Shown here in pieces: positions 1 to 9,555 of a DNA stretch of 64,000 nucleotides (within the stretch, counting starts at the first letter, position 1; each line of letters starts with the position of its first letter). Made by a program: the position numbers and the translations under genes. The notes under the pieces are model-generated. The model was given only the letters and a program-made list of their open reading frames with translations. It was not told the DNA's origin and did not search any database. The DNA lies in the NCBI GenBank assembly GCA_965223335.1, contig OZ244991.1:1984001-2048000 (forward strand), read 5' to 3'. The stretch is from Thermodesulfobacteriota bacterium. Its GTDB lineage: Bacteria; Desulfobacterota_D; UBA1144; Nemesobacterales; UBA2774.

Positions 1-3000
1 TGATCGTAAATGCTTTGTTGCAGGGGCATTGGGGCCTACGAATAAAACAGGCTCTATGTCACCCGACGTGAACAACCCTGCGTACCGAGCGGTCACATTC
101 GAGGAGCTTGTGGACTGTTATTACGAGCAGGTGGAGGGCCTTGTAGAGGGTGGGGTGGATATCATTCTAGCCGAGACCACTTTCGACACGCTTAATCTGA
201 AGGCTGCAATATATGCAGTTGAACAGTTCTTTTCCCGTAGTGGCTCGAGGTTGCCTGTAATGCTGTCGGTCACGATAACGGATGCGTCTGGCAGGACTCT
301 GTCGGGCCAGACCGTAGAGGCGTTTTGGAACTCGGTACGCCATGCTAAACCGCTTAGCGTAGGGATTAACTGTGCGCTGGGTGCCAAAGAGATGAGGCCC
401 TATATAGAGGAGCTCTCGAGGATAGCGGACTCGTACATAAGCTGTTATCCGAACGCTGGGCTGCCTAATCCGCTAAGCGATACCGGTTACGATGAAACAC
501 CGGAGATCACGGCAGGTTATCTAGGAGAGTTTGTGCAAAGCGGGCTTGTGAACATAGTGGGAGGGTGTTGCGGTACCACGCCTGATCACTTGGCCGCAAT
601 AAAGGCCCGGGTGGAGGGCTTTTCGCCAAGGGCTCTGCCGCAGATAAAGAATATTACCAAGCTAAGCGGGCTTGAGGCACTCAATATAGAGGGCAGCGGC
701 TCGCCTTTTATTATGGTGGGCGAGAGGACTAACGTTACCGGGTCGCCAAGATTTGCAAAATTTATTAAGGCCGATGATTTCGAGAGCGGGCTTAGCCTGG
801 CGCGTCAGCAGGTGGAAAACGGCGCAAACATAATAGACGTGAATTTTGATGAGGCGCTTTTGGACGGGGAAGCATGCATGACACGTTTCCTTAACCTGGT
901 AGCCACAGAGCCTGATATCGCACGAGTACCGATCATGATAGATAGCTCGAAGTGGAGCGTGATCGAGGCCGGATTACGCTGCATACAGGGCAAAGGGGTT
1001 GTGAACTCGATAAGCCTTAAGGAGGGTGAGGATAAGTTTGTAGAGCAGGCTCGAAAGATTGTGCAGTACGGGGCCGGGGCGGTGGTGATGGCGTTTGACG
1101 AGAAGGGGCAAGCTGCCTCTAAAGATGATAAGGTGAGGATCTGCAGGAGGGCTTACGAAATATTGACCGAAAAGGTGGGGATGGACCCAAGCGACATAAT
1201 CTTCGACCCCAATGTTCTGACGGTGGCTACGGGGATTGAGGAGCACAACAACTATGCCGTGGATTTTATAGAGGCTGTGCGCGAGATAAAAAAAGTGTGT
1301 CCAGGTGCACTTACTAGCGGGGGTGTAAGCAATATCTCTTTTTCGTTCAGGGGTAACAATGTGGTGCGCGAGGCTATGCATAGCGCTTTTCTGTACCACG
1401 CGATTGAGGCCGGGCTCGATATGGCAATTGTGAACGCCGGGATGCTAGAGGTATATGACAATATTGATAAAGAACTATTAGAAAAGGTGGAGGATGTGCT
1501 GCTTAACCGTAGGCCTGATGCCACCGAGCAGCTTGTAGACTATGCCGAGACTGTAAAGGGAAAGGAGCAGACCAAAGAGGCCGAGACTAAAGTTTGGCGT
1601 ACGGAATCGGTAGAATCTCGACTATCGCATGCACTGGTTAAGGGGATTGTGGATTATATCGAGGAGGACACAGAGGAGGCCAGGCAGAAGTATGGGAAAC
1701 CGCTGCATGTAATAGAAGGCCCGCTTATGGACGGGATGAAGGTTGTGGGAAATCTATTTGGGGAAGGCAAGATGTTTTTGCCTCAGGTCGTAAAGAGTGC
1801 GCGTGTGATGAAGCGGGCGGTTTCGTACCTGGAGCCCTATATGGAGGCTGAGAAAGCCGAGTCCGGGGGGGCGAGTAGCAAGGGTAAGTTCGTGATTGCT
1901 ACTGTGAAAGGGGACGTGCACGACATTGGAAAGAACATAGTGTCGGTGGTGCTTGGGTGTAATAACTATGATGTGGTTGATCTGGGTGTGATGGTGTCGT
2001 GCGAAAACATCCTCAAGAAAGCCAGGGACATAGAAGCCGATGTAATAGGGCTTAGCGGACTAATAACTCCATCGTTGGATGAGATGGTATTTAACGCATC
2101 GGAGATGGAGCGACAGGGTTTCCGTACCCCACTACTTATAGGAGGTGCAACAACCAGCAGGGCCCATACTGCAATTAAGATTGCCCCTGAGTACACGGGG
2201 CCCGTGACACATGTCCAAGACGCCTCGCTGGTTGTTAATGTCTGCAACGAACTGCTCAGCCCTGAGAAGAAAGATAAGTATATAAAGGGTCTTATGAAGC
2301 AGCACAAGGAGCTACGAGCCCTGCATGCGAGCAAGGGGCAAACAAGCGAGTCCTTGTCGATAGCGGATGCACGCTCTAGGAGATTCGTAACCAATTGGGA
2401 TTCGATCGTGATAGATGTGCCTTCTAATTTGGGCCCGAGGGTGCATGATGATATTACGGTCGGGGATATAGCACCCTATATAGACTGGACACCGTTTTTT
2501 TGGGTATGGGAGCTAAAGGGGGTGTATCCAAAGATTTTCGAGAACGAAAAATGGGGCAAGCAAGCACGTTCCATATATGACGACGCACAACAGCTTTTGA
2601 AAGATATTATAGAGAATAATCTTTTTAGACCTAAGTCTGTCTCGGCTATTTGGCGTGCTAACAGTGTCGGAGACGATGTAGAGGTCTATGATGAAGAAGG
2701 CAACGTAGTTAGGGTGCTTCACTTCCTTAGACAGCAGAGGGACAGGGGGGAGAACGAAAGCTTCTTTTGCCTATCGGATTTCATAGCCCCGAAAGATAGT
2801 GGTAAGACTGATTACATCGGGGGCTTTGTTGTCACCGCTGGGCAGGAAGTCGAGGCATTGGCAGAGTCTTACAAATCCAAGCAGGACGACTACACGGCTA
2901 TTATGGTACAGGCGCTGGGGGATAGGATCGCGGAAGCCTATGCAGAATTGATGCATAAGAGGATTAGAGAGGTCTGGGAATATGGGCTGAGTGAAGATCT

Positions 3001-3316
3001 ATCCTATGAAGACTTGATAAAAGAGAGGTATAGGGGGATAAGACCAGCACCCGGTTACCCGGCGTGTCCTGATCACACTGAGAAGGCCGCGATCTGGGAA
3101 CTCCTGGATGCGGAGAACAACATAGGGGTTACGCTTACAGAGAATTTTGCCATCTATCCCCCGAGCTCTGTGGCGGGACTGTATTTTGCGCACCCGGAGT
3201 CGAAATATTTTCATGTCGGTCCCATAGACCGCGATCAGGTTGAGGATTATGCGGTAAGAAAGGGTATAACACTGGAAGAAGCGGAGAGGTGGCTAAGACC
3301 CAACTTGGGGTATTAG
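1..3316 (+). CDS. metH: Cobalamin-dependent methionine synthase (5' end outside window)
   Basis: Frame is open from base 2 ([12 protein letters not shown]...). GGCCGT Zn motif, pterin-binding domain (IGERTN-like, IDSS), B12-binding DVHDIG, C-terminal reactivation domain [12 protein letters not shown]. Confidence 0.97.
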   Translation, partial: DRKCFVAGALGPTNKTGSMSPDVNNPAYRAVTFEELVDCYYEQVEGLVEGGVDIILAETTFDTLNLKAAIYAVEQFFSRSGSRLPVMLSVTITDASGRTLSGQTVEAFWNSVRHAKPLSVGINCALGAKEMRPYIEELSRIADSYISCYPNAGLPNPLSDTGYDETPEITAGYLGEFVQSGLVNIVGGCCGTTPDHLAAIKARVEGFSPRALPQIKNITKLSGLEALNIEGSGSPFIMVGERTNVTGSPRFAKFIKADDFESGLSLARQQVENGANIIDVNFDEALLDGEACMTRFLNLVATEPDIARVPIMIDSSKWSVIEAGLRCIQGKGVVNSISLKEGEDKFVEQARKIVQYGAGAVVMAFDEKGQAASKDDKVRICRRAYEILTEKVGMDPSDIIFDPNVLTVATGIEEHNNYAVDFIEAVREIKKVCPGALTSGGVSNISFSFRGNNVVREAMHSAFLYHAIEAGLDMAIVNAGMLEVYDNIDKELLEKVEDVLLNRRPDATEQLVDYAETVKGKEQTKEAETKVWRTESVESRLSHALVKGIVDYIEEDTEEARQKYGKPLHVIEGPLMDGMKVVGNLFGEGKMFLPQVVKSARVMKRAVSYLEPYMEAEKAESGGASSKGKFVIATVKGDVHDIGKNIVSVVLGCNNYDVVDLGVMVSCENILKKARDIEADVIGLSGLITPSLDEMVFNASEMERQGFRTPLLIGGATTSRAHTAIKIAPEYTGPVTHVQDASLVVNVCNELLSPEKKDKYIKGLMKQHKELRALHASKGQTSESLSIADARSRRFVTNWDSIVIDVPSNLGPRVHDDITVGDIAPYIDWTPFFWVWELKGVYPKIFENEKWGKQARSIYDDAQQLLKDIIENNLFRPKSVSAIWRANSVGDDVEVYDEEGNVVRVLHFLRQQRDRGENESFFCLSDFIAPKDSGKTDYIGGFVVTAGQEVEALAESYKSKQDDYTAIMVQALGDRIAEAYAELMHKRIREVWEYGLSEDLSYEDLIKERYRGIRPAPGYPACPDHTEKAAIWELLDAENNIGVTLTENFAIYPPSSVAGLYFAHPESKYFHVGPIDRDQVEDYAVRKGITLEEAERWLRPNLGY

Positions 3317-4539
3317 TTGTCTTGGCTAGAGCCTGAAAACAGTTTGCCAGTGTGTTTTACGAATAGACGAAACGGTCTTAAGGGTGAGTAGAGAAAGAAC
3401 AGATACGGCGGGAGTTTTAAGGCCTCGAGGTCGGCGGTGGTAGGTTTAAACACTAGATCTCTGTAATAGTGTGACTTGTCTAACACGCTGTCCATTGAAT
3501 AAACGTAGAATCGGCCCGCGGTTAGGTTTTTATCGTAGCTTTCGGGGGAGTTAAGTGTTTTGTAGACCAGCTTTGTAAGGTTCTCGCTCTTGCTGTTGCG
3601 ATTAAATTCATCAGACAAGCTCTCGGGGATATTAAAATCGAATAGATCATAGAGCAAAAGCAATGCTGTATTGATCATAGTTGTGCAGTTCCTAGATACG
3701 CATTCTTTCTTTATCCAGCCCCAGTCTAAATTGGGTGATATATTTAGGAGTTGGGCAAGGTCTATAATCCAATTTAGCTGTGACCATGAGTGTTTTGCGC
3801 CGTGTATGCATAAAAAAATAAATAGGTCTTCCACGGATAAATTCATAAAATTAGAGTCTTTATATTTTGCGGGTATGGACCTGTTCCAAACCGAGAGCAT
3901 GAGTGGCGAGAATGAATAACGCTCAGGCACAAGTGACCAGTGTAAATCAATGCTCTGGTTGTCTGTATCGCGCACATAGCTTAGATGGATGTCTTGCTCG
4001 AGCAGATAAAACCCTGACTCTATATAGTAGGATTCTAATCTTTTGGGTACGTTGAACTTGAGCTTGAACCCTTGGTTTTCTATAAGCTCCCCGGCTTTTT
4101 CCAGGTCGGTTTTTTTTACAAGCAAATCCAGGTCTGCGTACTCTCGAAAATATGTATCGTCATAAAGTGAATTGGACAATATAGGTCCTTTTAGAGGAAC
4201 ACATGGGATATCGTTTGAATACAGTAGCAATAGTAGCTCAATTAATGTGCTCTCGATTAATTGGTTGCGCAAAGAAGATGCCTGAGTGTATTTATTGATT
4301 GAATCGAGATGTGTCGGGGGGATAAAAGACTCGTATTTCGGTATAGTCGATTTCGCAAATAACGGTGTACAACCATGATCGCTTAAAAAATCTAATAGAA
4401 TTTCCCAATCTAAGTTGTCTTGTAAACGAGATGATAATATCTCATCGTTATTTCGTCCGAGGAATGACCTTGCGGCTTCGATCATTAGCATGATCTCGGG
4501 CTTGTTGATTATTGAGCTGTAAATTTTGTCTTGGGCCAA
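3313..4539 (-). CDS. Nucleotidyltransferase family protein (NTP_transf_5-like), lasso-cluster tailoring enzyme
   Basis: [21 protein letters not shown] and IDLHW motifs. Last gene of the lasso cluster; its stop overlaps the metH stop. Confidence 0.85.
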   Translation of the reverse strand: MAQDKIYSSIINKPEIMLMIEAARSFLGRNNDEILSSRLQDNLDWEILLDFLSDHGCTPLFAKSTIPKYESFIPPTHLDSINKYTQASSLRNQLIESTLIELLLLLYSNDIPCVPLKGPILSNSLYDDTYFREYADLDLLVKKTDLEKAGELIENQGFKLKFNVPKRLESYYIESGFYLLEQDIHLSYVRDTDNQSIDLHWSLVPERYSFSPLMLSVWNRSIPAKYKDSNFMNLSVEDLFIFLCIHGAKHSWSQLNWIIDLAQLLNISPNLDWGWIKKECVSRNCTTMINTALLLLYDLFDFNIPESLSDEFNRNSKSENLTKLVYKTLNSPESYDKNLTAGRFYVYSMDSVLDKSHYYRDLVFKPTTADLEALKLPPYLFFLYSPLRPFRLFVKHTGKLFSGSSQDN

Positions 4540-4576
4540 TGTACCGTTCTTAAATTTAGTATCAATATATAACTTG

Positions 4577-5368
4577 TTATTTCTTTTTAGCTACTGCATG
4601 GGGGTAACCAGCATTGTCTTTATAATAGATCATGTTGAAGCCCGAGTCATTTAATTCGCTCTCAATCTCTTCCCTTGTGAAATAGTGGTCGAAGCTGCCG
4701 TCTAGAGTATCTCCCATGTCCAAAATGTCTTTGTTTAACATTAGCTTTCTAATAACCCTTGCGGTGTGATAGATGATATGGAATCTGGAATCTTTGGGGT
4801 CTCGGACAAAAAACGAGAGGAGAATTGGGCCGCCTTTTTTTATGTGTTCGCTGCACTGGTTTAGAAAATTGATTCGAGCATTACGGCCTTGGATATGCAT
4901 GTATGTTCCCCAGCCTATTATCATGCCGTCGTATTTTCCCGGTTTCTCTGGCACTGTGTCCGGTGCGCAAAGATATATATTGGACTCAATTTTTTCATCC
5001 GCCAACAGTCTCTTGCAGTACTCAAACATTTTGTGGGAGCATTCAAATCCATCCACACGGTAGTTGCTTTGGGTTAAGGCTATCATCTCTCTTCCAGAGC
5101 CTGCACCGCCTATGAGAATTGATCTGCATTTTGAAAAATATGAATCGATAATGCCCTGTTCCCAATAATTTAAACCCGAATGAGTATATGTGGGAGTGTA
5201 ATAATGCATTTTAGAATCGTACATCTGATCTGTGGCACTTATGAGTTCTGTGCGGTTGAGAAATCCCAGCCAAAATCCCTGGTGGATTGAACTAATGAGC
5301 TTGTTAAATCGGTAGAATAATTTGTCGAAAAATACAAAGAGTCGTACTTTCTTACTGGTAGGGCTCAT
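4577..5368 (-). CDS. Class I SAM-dependent methyltransferase
   Basis: Motif I ILIGGAGSGRE, then VDGFE, YDGMIIGWG and KKGG elements of the Rossmann MTase fold. Confidence 0.85.
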   Translation of the reverse strand: MSPTSKKVRLFVFFDKLFYRFNKLISSIHQGFWLGFLNRTELISATDQMYDSKMHYYTPTYTHSGLNYWEQGIIDSYFSKCRSILIGGAGSGREMIALTQSNYRVDGFECSHKMFEYCKRLLADEKIESNIYLCAPDTVPEKPGKYDGMIIGWGTYMHIQGRNARINFLNQCSEHIKKGGPILLSFFVRDPKDSRFHIIYHTARVIRKLMLNKDILDMGDTLDGSFDHYFTREEIESELNDSGFNMIYYKDNAGYPHAVAKKK

Positions 5369-5442
5369 TCAGTAATCATACTAACTAAATGTATATATTT
5401 ATAGTGGATTAGTAGCGAGTGGTTGCTCTGTAATGATATAGG

Positions 5443-5601
5443 TCAATTAGGCCTAGAAGGATTTTGTGGAGATGAATCAGAAAATGGGCCTGTTTTCTTA
5501 GTAACTTTGGTTATATTACCCATCTTCTGGAGTTTTGGTTTTATATAAGATATTTGGCTGATCTCAGTCAATTTTGTTTTCTTTTGTTTATTGTCAGACA
5601 T
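5443..5601 (-). CDS. Lasso peptide precursor A, 52 aa: MSDNKQKKTKLTEISQISYIKPKLQKMGNITKVTK|KTGPFSDSSPQNPSRPN
   Basis: Hand translation of the reverse strand: ATG at 5601 preceded by AAGAGGAAATTT (SD-like), TGA at 5443-5445. Leader YIKPKLQKMGNITKVT matches YxxPxLxxxGxxxxxT exactly. Lies directly downstream of the cyclase. Confidence 0.9.
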   Translation of the reverse strand: MSDNKQKKTKLTEISQISYIKPKLQKMGNITKVTKKTGPFSDSSPQNPSRPN

Positions 5602-5652
5602 AAATTTCCTCTTATCTTGAATCTGTAAATATTTAACTTAATTATAGCACGA

Positions 5653-7530
5653 TTATTGTCTAAGTAATAATTCCATTGTGGCAATTCTCCAAAGTAAATA
5701 AGTATCGGTCCATGTTTGATTATTAGCATTGTCACGATACTCGCGAAATAATTCGTGTGCATTGTCCCGTCCAATATAGGGTTCTAAATGCCAGGTTGTT
5801 TTATTGAATAGCTTGTTGGTTATGTTGTCGAAATTCTCTTTAATCAGATGAATGTTGATTGAATCGAACGCTGTTTTAAGATTGTTTTCTATAATCTGCT
5901 CCGGGAGAGTTCCTCTAAATGCAGTACGTGTTAGGTATTTCCATTTTCCATCGGGTACTCGTTTGTTAAAGGGTATGGACATCACGTACTCAGCTAGTTT
6001 TCGGTCCAGATAGGGATGGCGCATTCTAAACCCGGCGTATGCAGCTCTGCATTCAAATGTGTCAACTAACCAGTGCAATTGAGGAGAGTTGAGAAACTCG
6101 AATACTGCACCCTGGGTTAAAGAGTTGAATTGATTCTCTGCATGGGGCTTGGAATATTCTTGAGATTCAATCAGATCTGTCAACTCGGAGTTAGCCCAGT
6201 TAGGTACGCTAACATTGGGTGTCTTGGGTTTTAATATTGCTCTGTATATTTGTCTTAAAGGTTTTGGAACGGTTGATCTGAGTGCGTCGGATGTATAGTA
6301 CCAAAACGTTGCCCAGTTGTTGTTGCTGACATTCCAGGACTGCAATAAGAGCTCTAAGTATTGAAAGCGTTTTGCTAGATCCCTTAAATAATATGCTTCG
6401 TCTGCAAGCTCATCACCCCCTATACCGGTGAGAAGTATCTTTCCGCCAATGTTGTCCATAATCTGTGAGCAGTTGGCGAAGATACCCTGTTGGATTTCGG
6501 CAAAAGGAGAGTCGGTCTGTCGGATTTCTTCATCTATATTGTCAACGTTAAATTCCCCAATTGGACAGAATCTATGGTTCTCAAATTGAACCAAATCGGA
6601 CACAAGACGAATATATTCCGACTCGTCACATGGCAGGTCTTCATAGGTAGCGGAAATTGTGTGGAGTGGCGGTAGATTGTCGTGGGTGTGGTAGAGGCTC
6701 TGTGCTGTGACTACGATTGACGATGAATCGAGCCCCCCGCTTAGTTGAGATGCGATCGGATAATCGGATTGTATGCATTTATATACAGATGCTCTCAAGA
6801 GTTCTTTGTATTGCTCAATATAATCCTGTTTCGTTTTGTATTGGGTTTCAAAGGTGGGATCCGGATTCCAGTATTGGATCTCTTTAGTCTCACTTCTTGA
6901 AGCTAATAAATAGTGCCCCGGTTTAATCTGCTTGATCTGTTTGTAGAACGAGCGGCCTGAGTCGTTAAACTGTCGCAATATGTATTGGGCAATAGTTGTT
7001 TTGTCGGGTTCCGGGGACACATTCGACACCTTGATAATCTGTTTGGGTTCCGATGCGAAATAGAGGTACTTGTTATCTGATGAGTAATATAACGGTACTG
7101 TGCCGAAGGGGTCTCTGGCTGCGAAGATTCGTTTTTTCTTCTCGTCCCAGATCGCAAATGCATACTCACCATCCAGATAATCAAGCAACTGTGGGCCCCA
7201 TTTGATATAGCCGGCAAGGATCAGTTTCGGGTCTGTGATAAGTTTTGTTGCCCACTCAACATGGCCTAACTTAGCGGTTAGTTCATCTTTGTTATACAAA
7301 CTCGAGTTTGATACGATTGTCATGGATTTGTCGGGTGAGGTGAAGGGCTGTTTCTCGTTTCTACCGCATTTGGTAATAGAAAGGTGTGCGTGGCCGAAAC
7401 CTACATTATTGTGGCTATACGTATTAATCCCGTCAGGGCCCCTATGAGATACAATATTAATCATCTCGTCTATAAGCTCTTTACTCACAGGGCTGCCATC
7501 CCAATTGATAATTCCTGCTAAACCACTCAC
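5653..7530 (-). CDS. Lasso peptide cyclase C (asparagine synthetase homolog)
   Basis: AsnB-like fold (HRGPDG, ARDPFG, SGGLDSS PP-loop, LTGIGGDE). N-terminus MSG lacks the glutaminase Cys. Clustered with B1/B2. Confidence 0.9.
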   Translation of the reverse strand: MSGLAGIINWDGSPVSKELIDEMINIVSHRGPDGINTYSHNNVGFGHAHLSITKCGRNEKQPFTSPDKSMTIVSNSSLYNKDELTAKLGHVEWATKLITDPKLILAGYIKWGPQLLDYLDGEYAFAIWDEKKKRIFAARDPFGTVPLYYSSDNKYLYFASEPKQIIKVSNVSPEPDKTTIAQYILRQFNDSGRSFYKQIKQIKPGHYLLASRSETKEIQYWNPDPTFETQYKTKQDYIEQYKELLRASVYKCIQSDYPIASQLSGGLDSSSIVVTAQSLYHTHDNLPPLHTISATYEDLPCDESEYIRLVSDLVQFENHRFCPIGEFNVDNIDEEIRQTDSPFAEIQQGIFANCSQIMDNIGGKILLTGIGGDELADEAYYLRDLAKRFQYLELLLQSWNVSNNNWATFWYYTSDALRSTVPKPLRQIYRAILKPKTPNVSVPNWANSELTDLIESQEYSKPHAENQFNSLTQGAVFEFLNSPQLHWLVDTFECRAAYAGFRMRHPYLDRKLAEYVMSIPFNKRVPDGKWKYLTRTAFRGTLPEQIIENNLKTAFDSINIHLIKENFDNITNKLFNKTTWHLEPYIGRDNAHELFREYRDNANNQTWTDTYLLWRIATMELLLRQ

Positions 7531-7549
7531 GATAGTACCGTCCTGTTAA

Positions 7550-8356
7550 TCATAGTTCGTTTAGTAATCGGGCCACGGACTTTATGGATGAAGTGGATTT
7601 CTCGATGTTGTCGGGTATGAGAAGTGAGTATCCACTGCACTGTTTCGCTAGCAATTCATAGAAACTGAATTCAACATCCCATATCGTCTTGTGCGCGAGG
7701 TCACCGAAACCGTTATGGATTAAATTTTGAAAAAACACAGGTTTACTAAGTGCCGAGGTCAGGGCTTCATCAATATTATTTCTCCGTTCTAAAAAATAAA
7801 CTGATTGTAGGGGTAAAAACATTGGTGCGTCGGTGTTAGGTTGTAATCTAGGAACACATGGCTTACCGGACTTTATTCTACAGGGGAGCAGATCGTCTGA
7901 GAGGGTAGGGAAACCTAAATCGTTAAGCCCCTCACCGAGAGTGGATTTGCCCGCACCGCTTTCGCCAACAAATGCAACTGCATTATCAGCAACGACGACA
8001 GCAGATGCGTGTAGAACGGCTTTTTTCTGTATGTAAGAAGAGTAGGGGACGACCTGGCGGATTATGGCAGCGTAATCACTCGTGCTTGCACACCGAGTGA
8101 TATGAACCACATTGCCGTCACGACTTATGTAGGAATCGCAACCCGATATAGCACCTATATTTAGAAAATCTGAGTTTTCTGTTTGCTTATCACTGAGTTC
8201 GGCATCGCGCGTAGGGGTATAAGGGTCGAAAATCACTGTGACAGAGATATCTGTGTATTCAGTAGTGCTAAGTTCGGTGGTTTCAATGTTGGTTTGCACG
8301 CTAACACCCGAAACGGTGTAGGTGTATAGGGCATGATCTAAATCTCTGAGATTCAT
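7550..8356 (-). CDS. HPr-kinase-like lasso peptide kinase
   Basis: LHASAV, Walker A GESGAGKST and LSDD motifs, as in PadeK/ThcoK-type kinases; located inside the cluster. Confidence 0.85.
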   Translation of the reverse strand: MNLRDLDHALYTYTVSGVSVQTNIETTELSTTEYTDISVTVIFDPYTPTRDAELSDKQTENSDFLNIGAISGCDSYISRDGNVVHITRCASTSDYAAIIRQVVPYSSYIQKKAVLHASAVVVADNAVAFVGESGAGKSTLGEGLNDLGFPTLSDDLLPCRIKSGKPCVPRLQPNTDAPMFLPLQSVYFLERRNNIDEALTSALSKPVFFQNLIHNGFGDLAHKTIWDVEFSFYELLAKQCSGYSLLIPDNIEKSTSSIKSVARLLNEL

Positions 8357-8360
8357 GGGT

Positions 8361-8780
8361 TTATTTGTTTGATGTTATCTCGATGTGCCTAAGGGGTTCG
8401 TATCCTTTAGTTTCATTGCCCGGGATCTCGTAGGGACTTTCGATCCACGCGTGGGCGTCTAGTATGCTGCCGTTTTTCTCAACTCCTATTCTTAGTTTGG
8501 TCTCGAGACCCTTGTGGGCGAGTAGCCGCCCCAGAGCTATGGAGCGTTCCAGGCACGTGAGGTTTTTAATATGGTGGGATGCTGCCATATCAAATAGATA
8601 GGTTAGATGCTTTATTTCGCTTGGGTCAAATTCTTTTAGGCTTGTGGTCTCGGGGTTTCGAAACAAACTCGTTCGTAGAGCTGTACGTATTAGTACTATT
8701 ACCCATAGTATGTCGAGCCATGATCGAAGGACTAATAATTTGTCGTTTAAATTGAGGCTAAAAAACTTGCCAATTTGCAT
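8361..8780 (-). CDS. Lasso leader peptidase B2 (transglutaminase-like)
   Basis: TCLERSIAL catalytic Cys, LRIGV, and AHAWIE catalytic His. Confidence 0.92.
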   Translation of the reverse strand: MQIGKFFSLNLNDKLLVLRSWLDILWVIVLIRTALRTSLFRNPETTSLKEFDPSEIKHLTYLFDMAASHHIKNLTCLERSIALGRLLAHKGLETKLRIGVEKNGSILDAHAWIESPYEIPGNETKGYEPLRHIEITSNK

Positions 8781-8781
8781 A

Positions 8782-9042
8782 TCAATCCTCTACAAGTAAA
8801 CCGTTTGTTTTTAGGTCCTCTACAATATCGTTGAAATCCTGTTCGAGGGTGTCTAGTGGTATATCAAACCGGCCTAGAAGCTCTTTTATAATCTCGTTTT
8901 GATCGTGTCCGTTGCTAAGGAGGTTCCATATTATCGAGCCAGATTCATTCAAGGAGTAGTATTCTCCGCTGTGGAGGTTGAGCAGGACTGACTCGTCGTC
9001 GAGTGTGGAATGGAGAACATGTTGCGGTATACGATAGGCCAT
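8782..9042 (-). CDS. Lasso B1 RiPP recognition element (PqqD family)
   Basis: 86 aa with ESVLLNLHSGEYYSLNESGSIIW and C-terminal L..NGLL, typical of PqqD/RRE. Confidence 0.92.
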   Translation of the reverse strand: MAYRIPQHVLHSTLDDESVLLNLHSGEYYSLNESGSIIWNLLSNGHDQNEIIKELLGRFDIPLDTLEQDFNDIVEDLKTNGLLVED

Positions 9043-9067
9043 ATTTTATCCAAGTACTTTTACAGAA

Positions 9068-9073
9068 ATTATA
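9068..9073 (-). promoter_or_regulatory. Candidate -10 box (TATAAT) for the lasso operon
   Basis: Perfect TATAAT on the minus strand 25 nt upstream of the B1 ATG; no clear -35. Confidence 0.4.
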
Positions 9074-9118
9074 CACTTGATATAATAATTCTAAATCTAG
9101 AGATAACATCCTTGTATT

Positions 9119-9481
9119 TCAAGCTATATACTCGCTCAGAATTTCGCTTAGTTCCATTGAAAATTTGGATTTGGGAATAACTATATTAAAACCTGCGTCT
9201 TGTGCTTTTTTTCGCAATGCTTGGTCCACATGCGAGTAATAACCCAGTGTAGTTGGTTTGGAGATATCCTGCGTGTTAATTGTTCTTATTGTATCAATTG
9301 AATCGAGGGTTTTAATATTGAGATCAAATATTATCAGTCTGGGTTTTTTGTCTTTTATTTGTCTATCAAGTTCATCTATGTCCTTAACAAATAGTAGTCT
9401 AACACCCAAAGCGTTTGCGGCGGCCTTGATCTTGGACTTAAAGAATAGGTCGTCTACGACTGCGATTATTTGAGAAGCCAA
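9119..9481 (-). CDS. Single-domain response regulator receiver-like protein
   Basis: AVVDD acidic pocket and LIIFDL phosphoacceptor-like Asp; 120 aa. Confidence 0.75.
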   Translation of the reverse strand: MASQIIAVVDDLFFKSKIKAAANALGVRLLFVKDIDELDRQIKDKKPRLIIFDLNIKTLDSIDTIRTINTQDISKPTTLGYYSHVDQALRKKAQDAGFNIVIPKSKFSMELSEILSEYIA

Positions 9482-9555
9482 TTTTGTACCCGGGCCTATA
9501 TAAGATGTGATTTGAGTGTATATTAAATTGCCTTTGGATACAAAGTGCTAATTCT

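Noticed and set aside
5568..5774. 68-aa ORF-track ORF as the lasso precursor
   Set aside because: It overlaps the cyclase 3' end out of frame and has no YxxPxL or Thr(-2) leader; the 5443-5601 ORF fits far better.
5653..7530. Ordinary asparagine synthetase AsnB
   Set aside because: It lacks the N-terminal catalytic Cys and lies with RRE, B2 and precursor genes.
8782..9042. PQQ biosynthesis gene pqqD
   Set aside because: No pqqABCE nearby; the context shows it is the lasso RRE.
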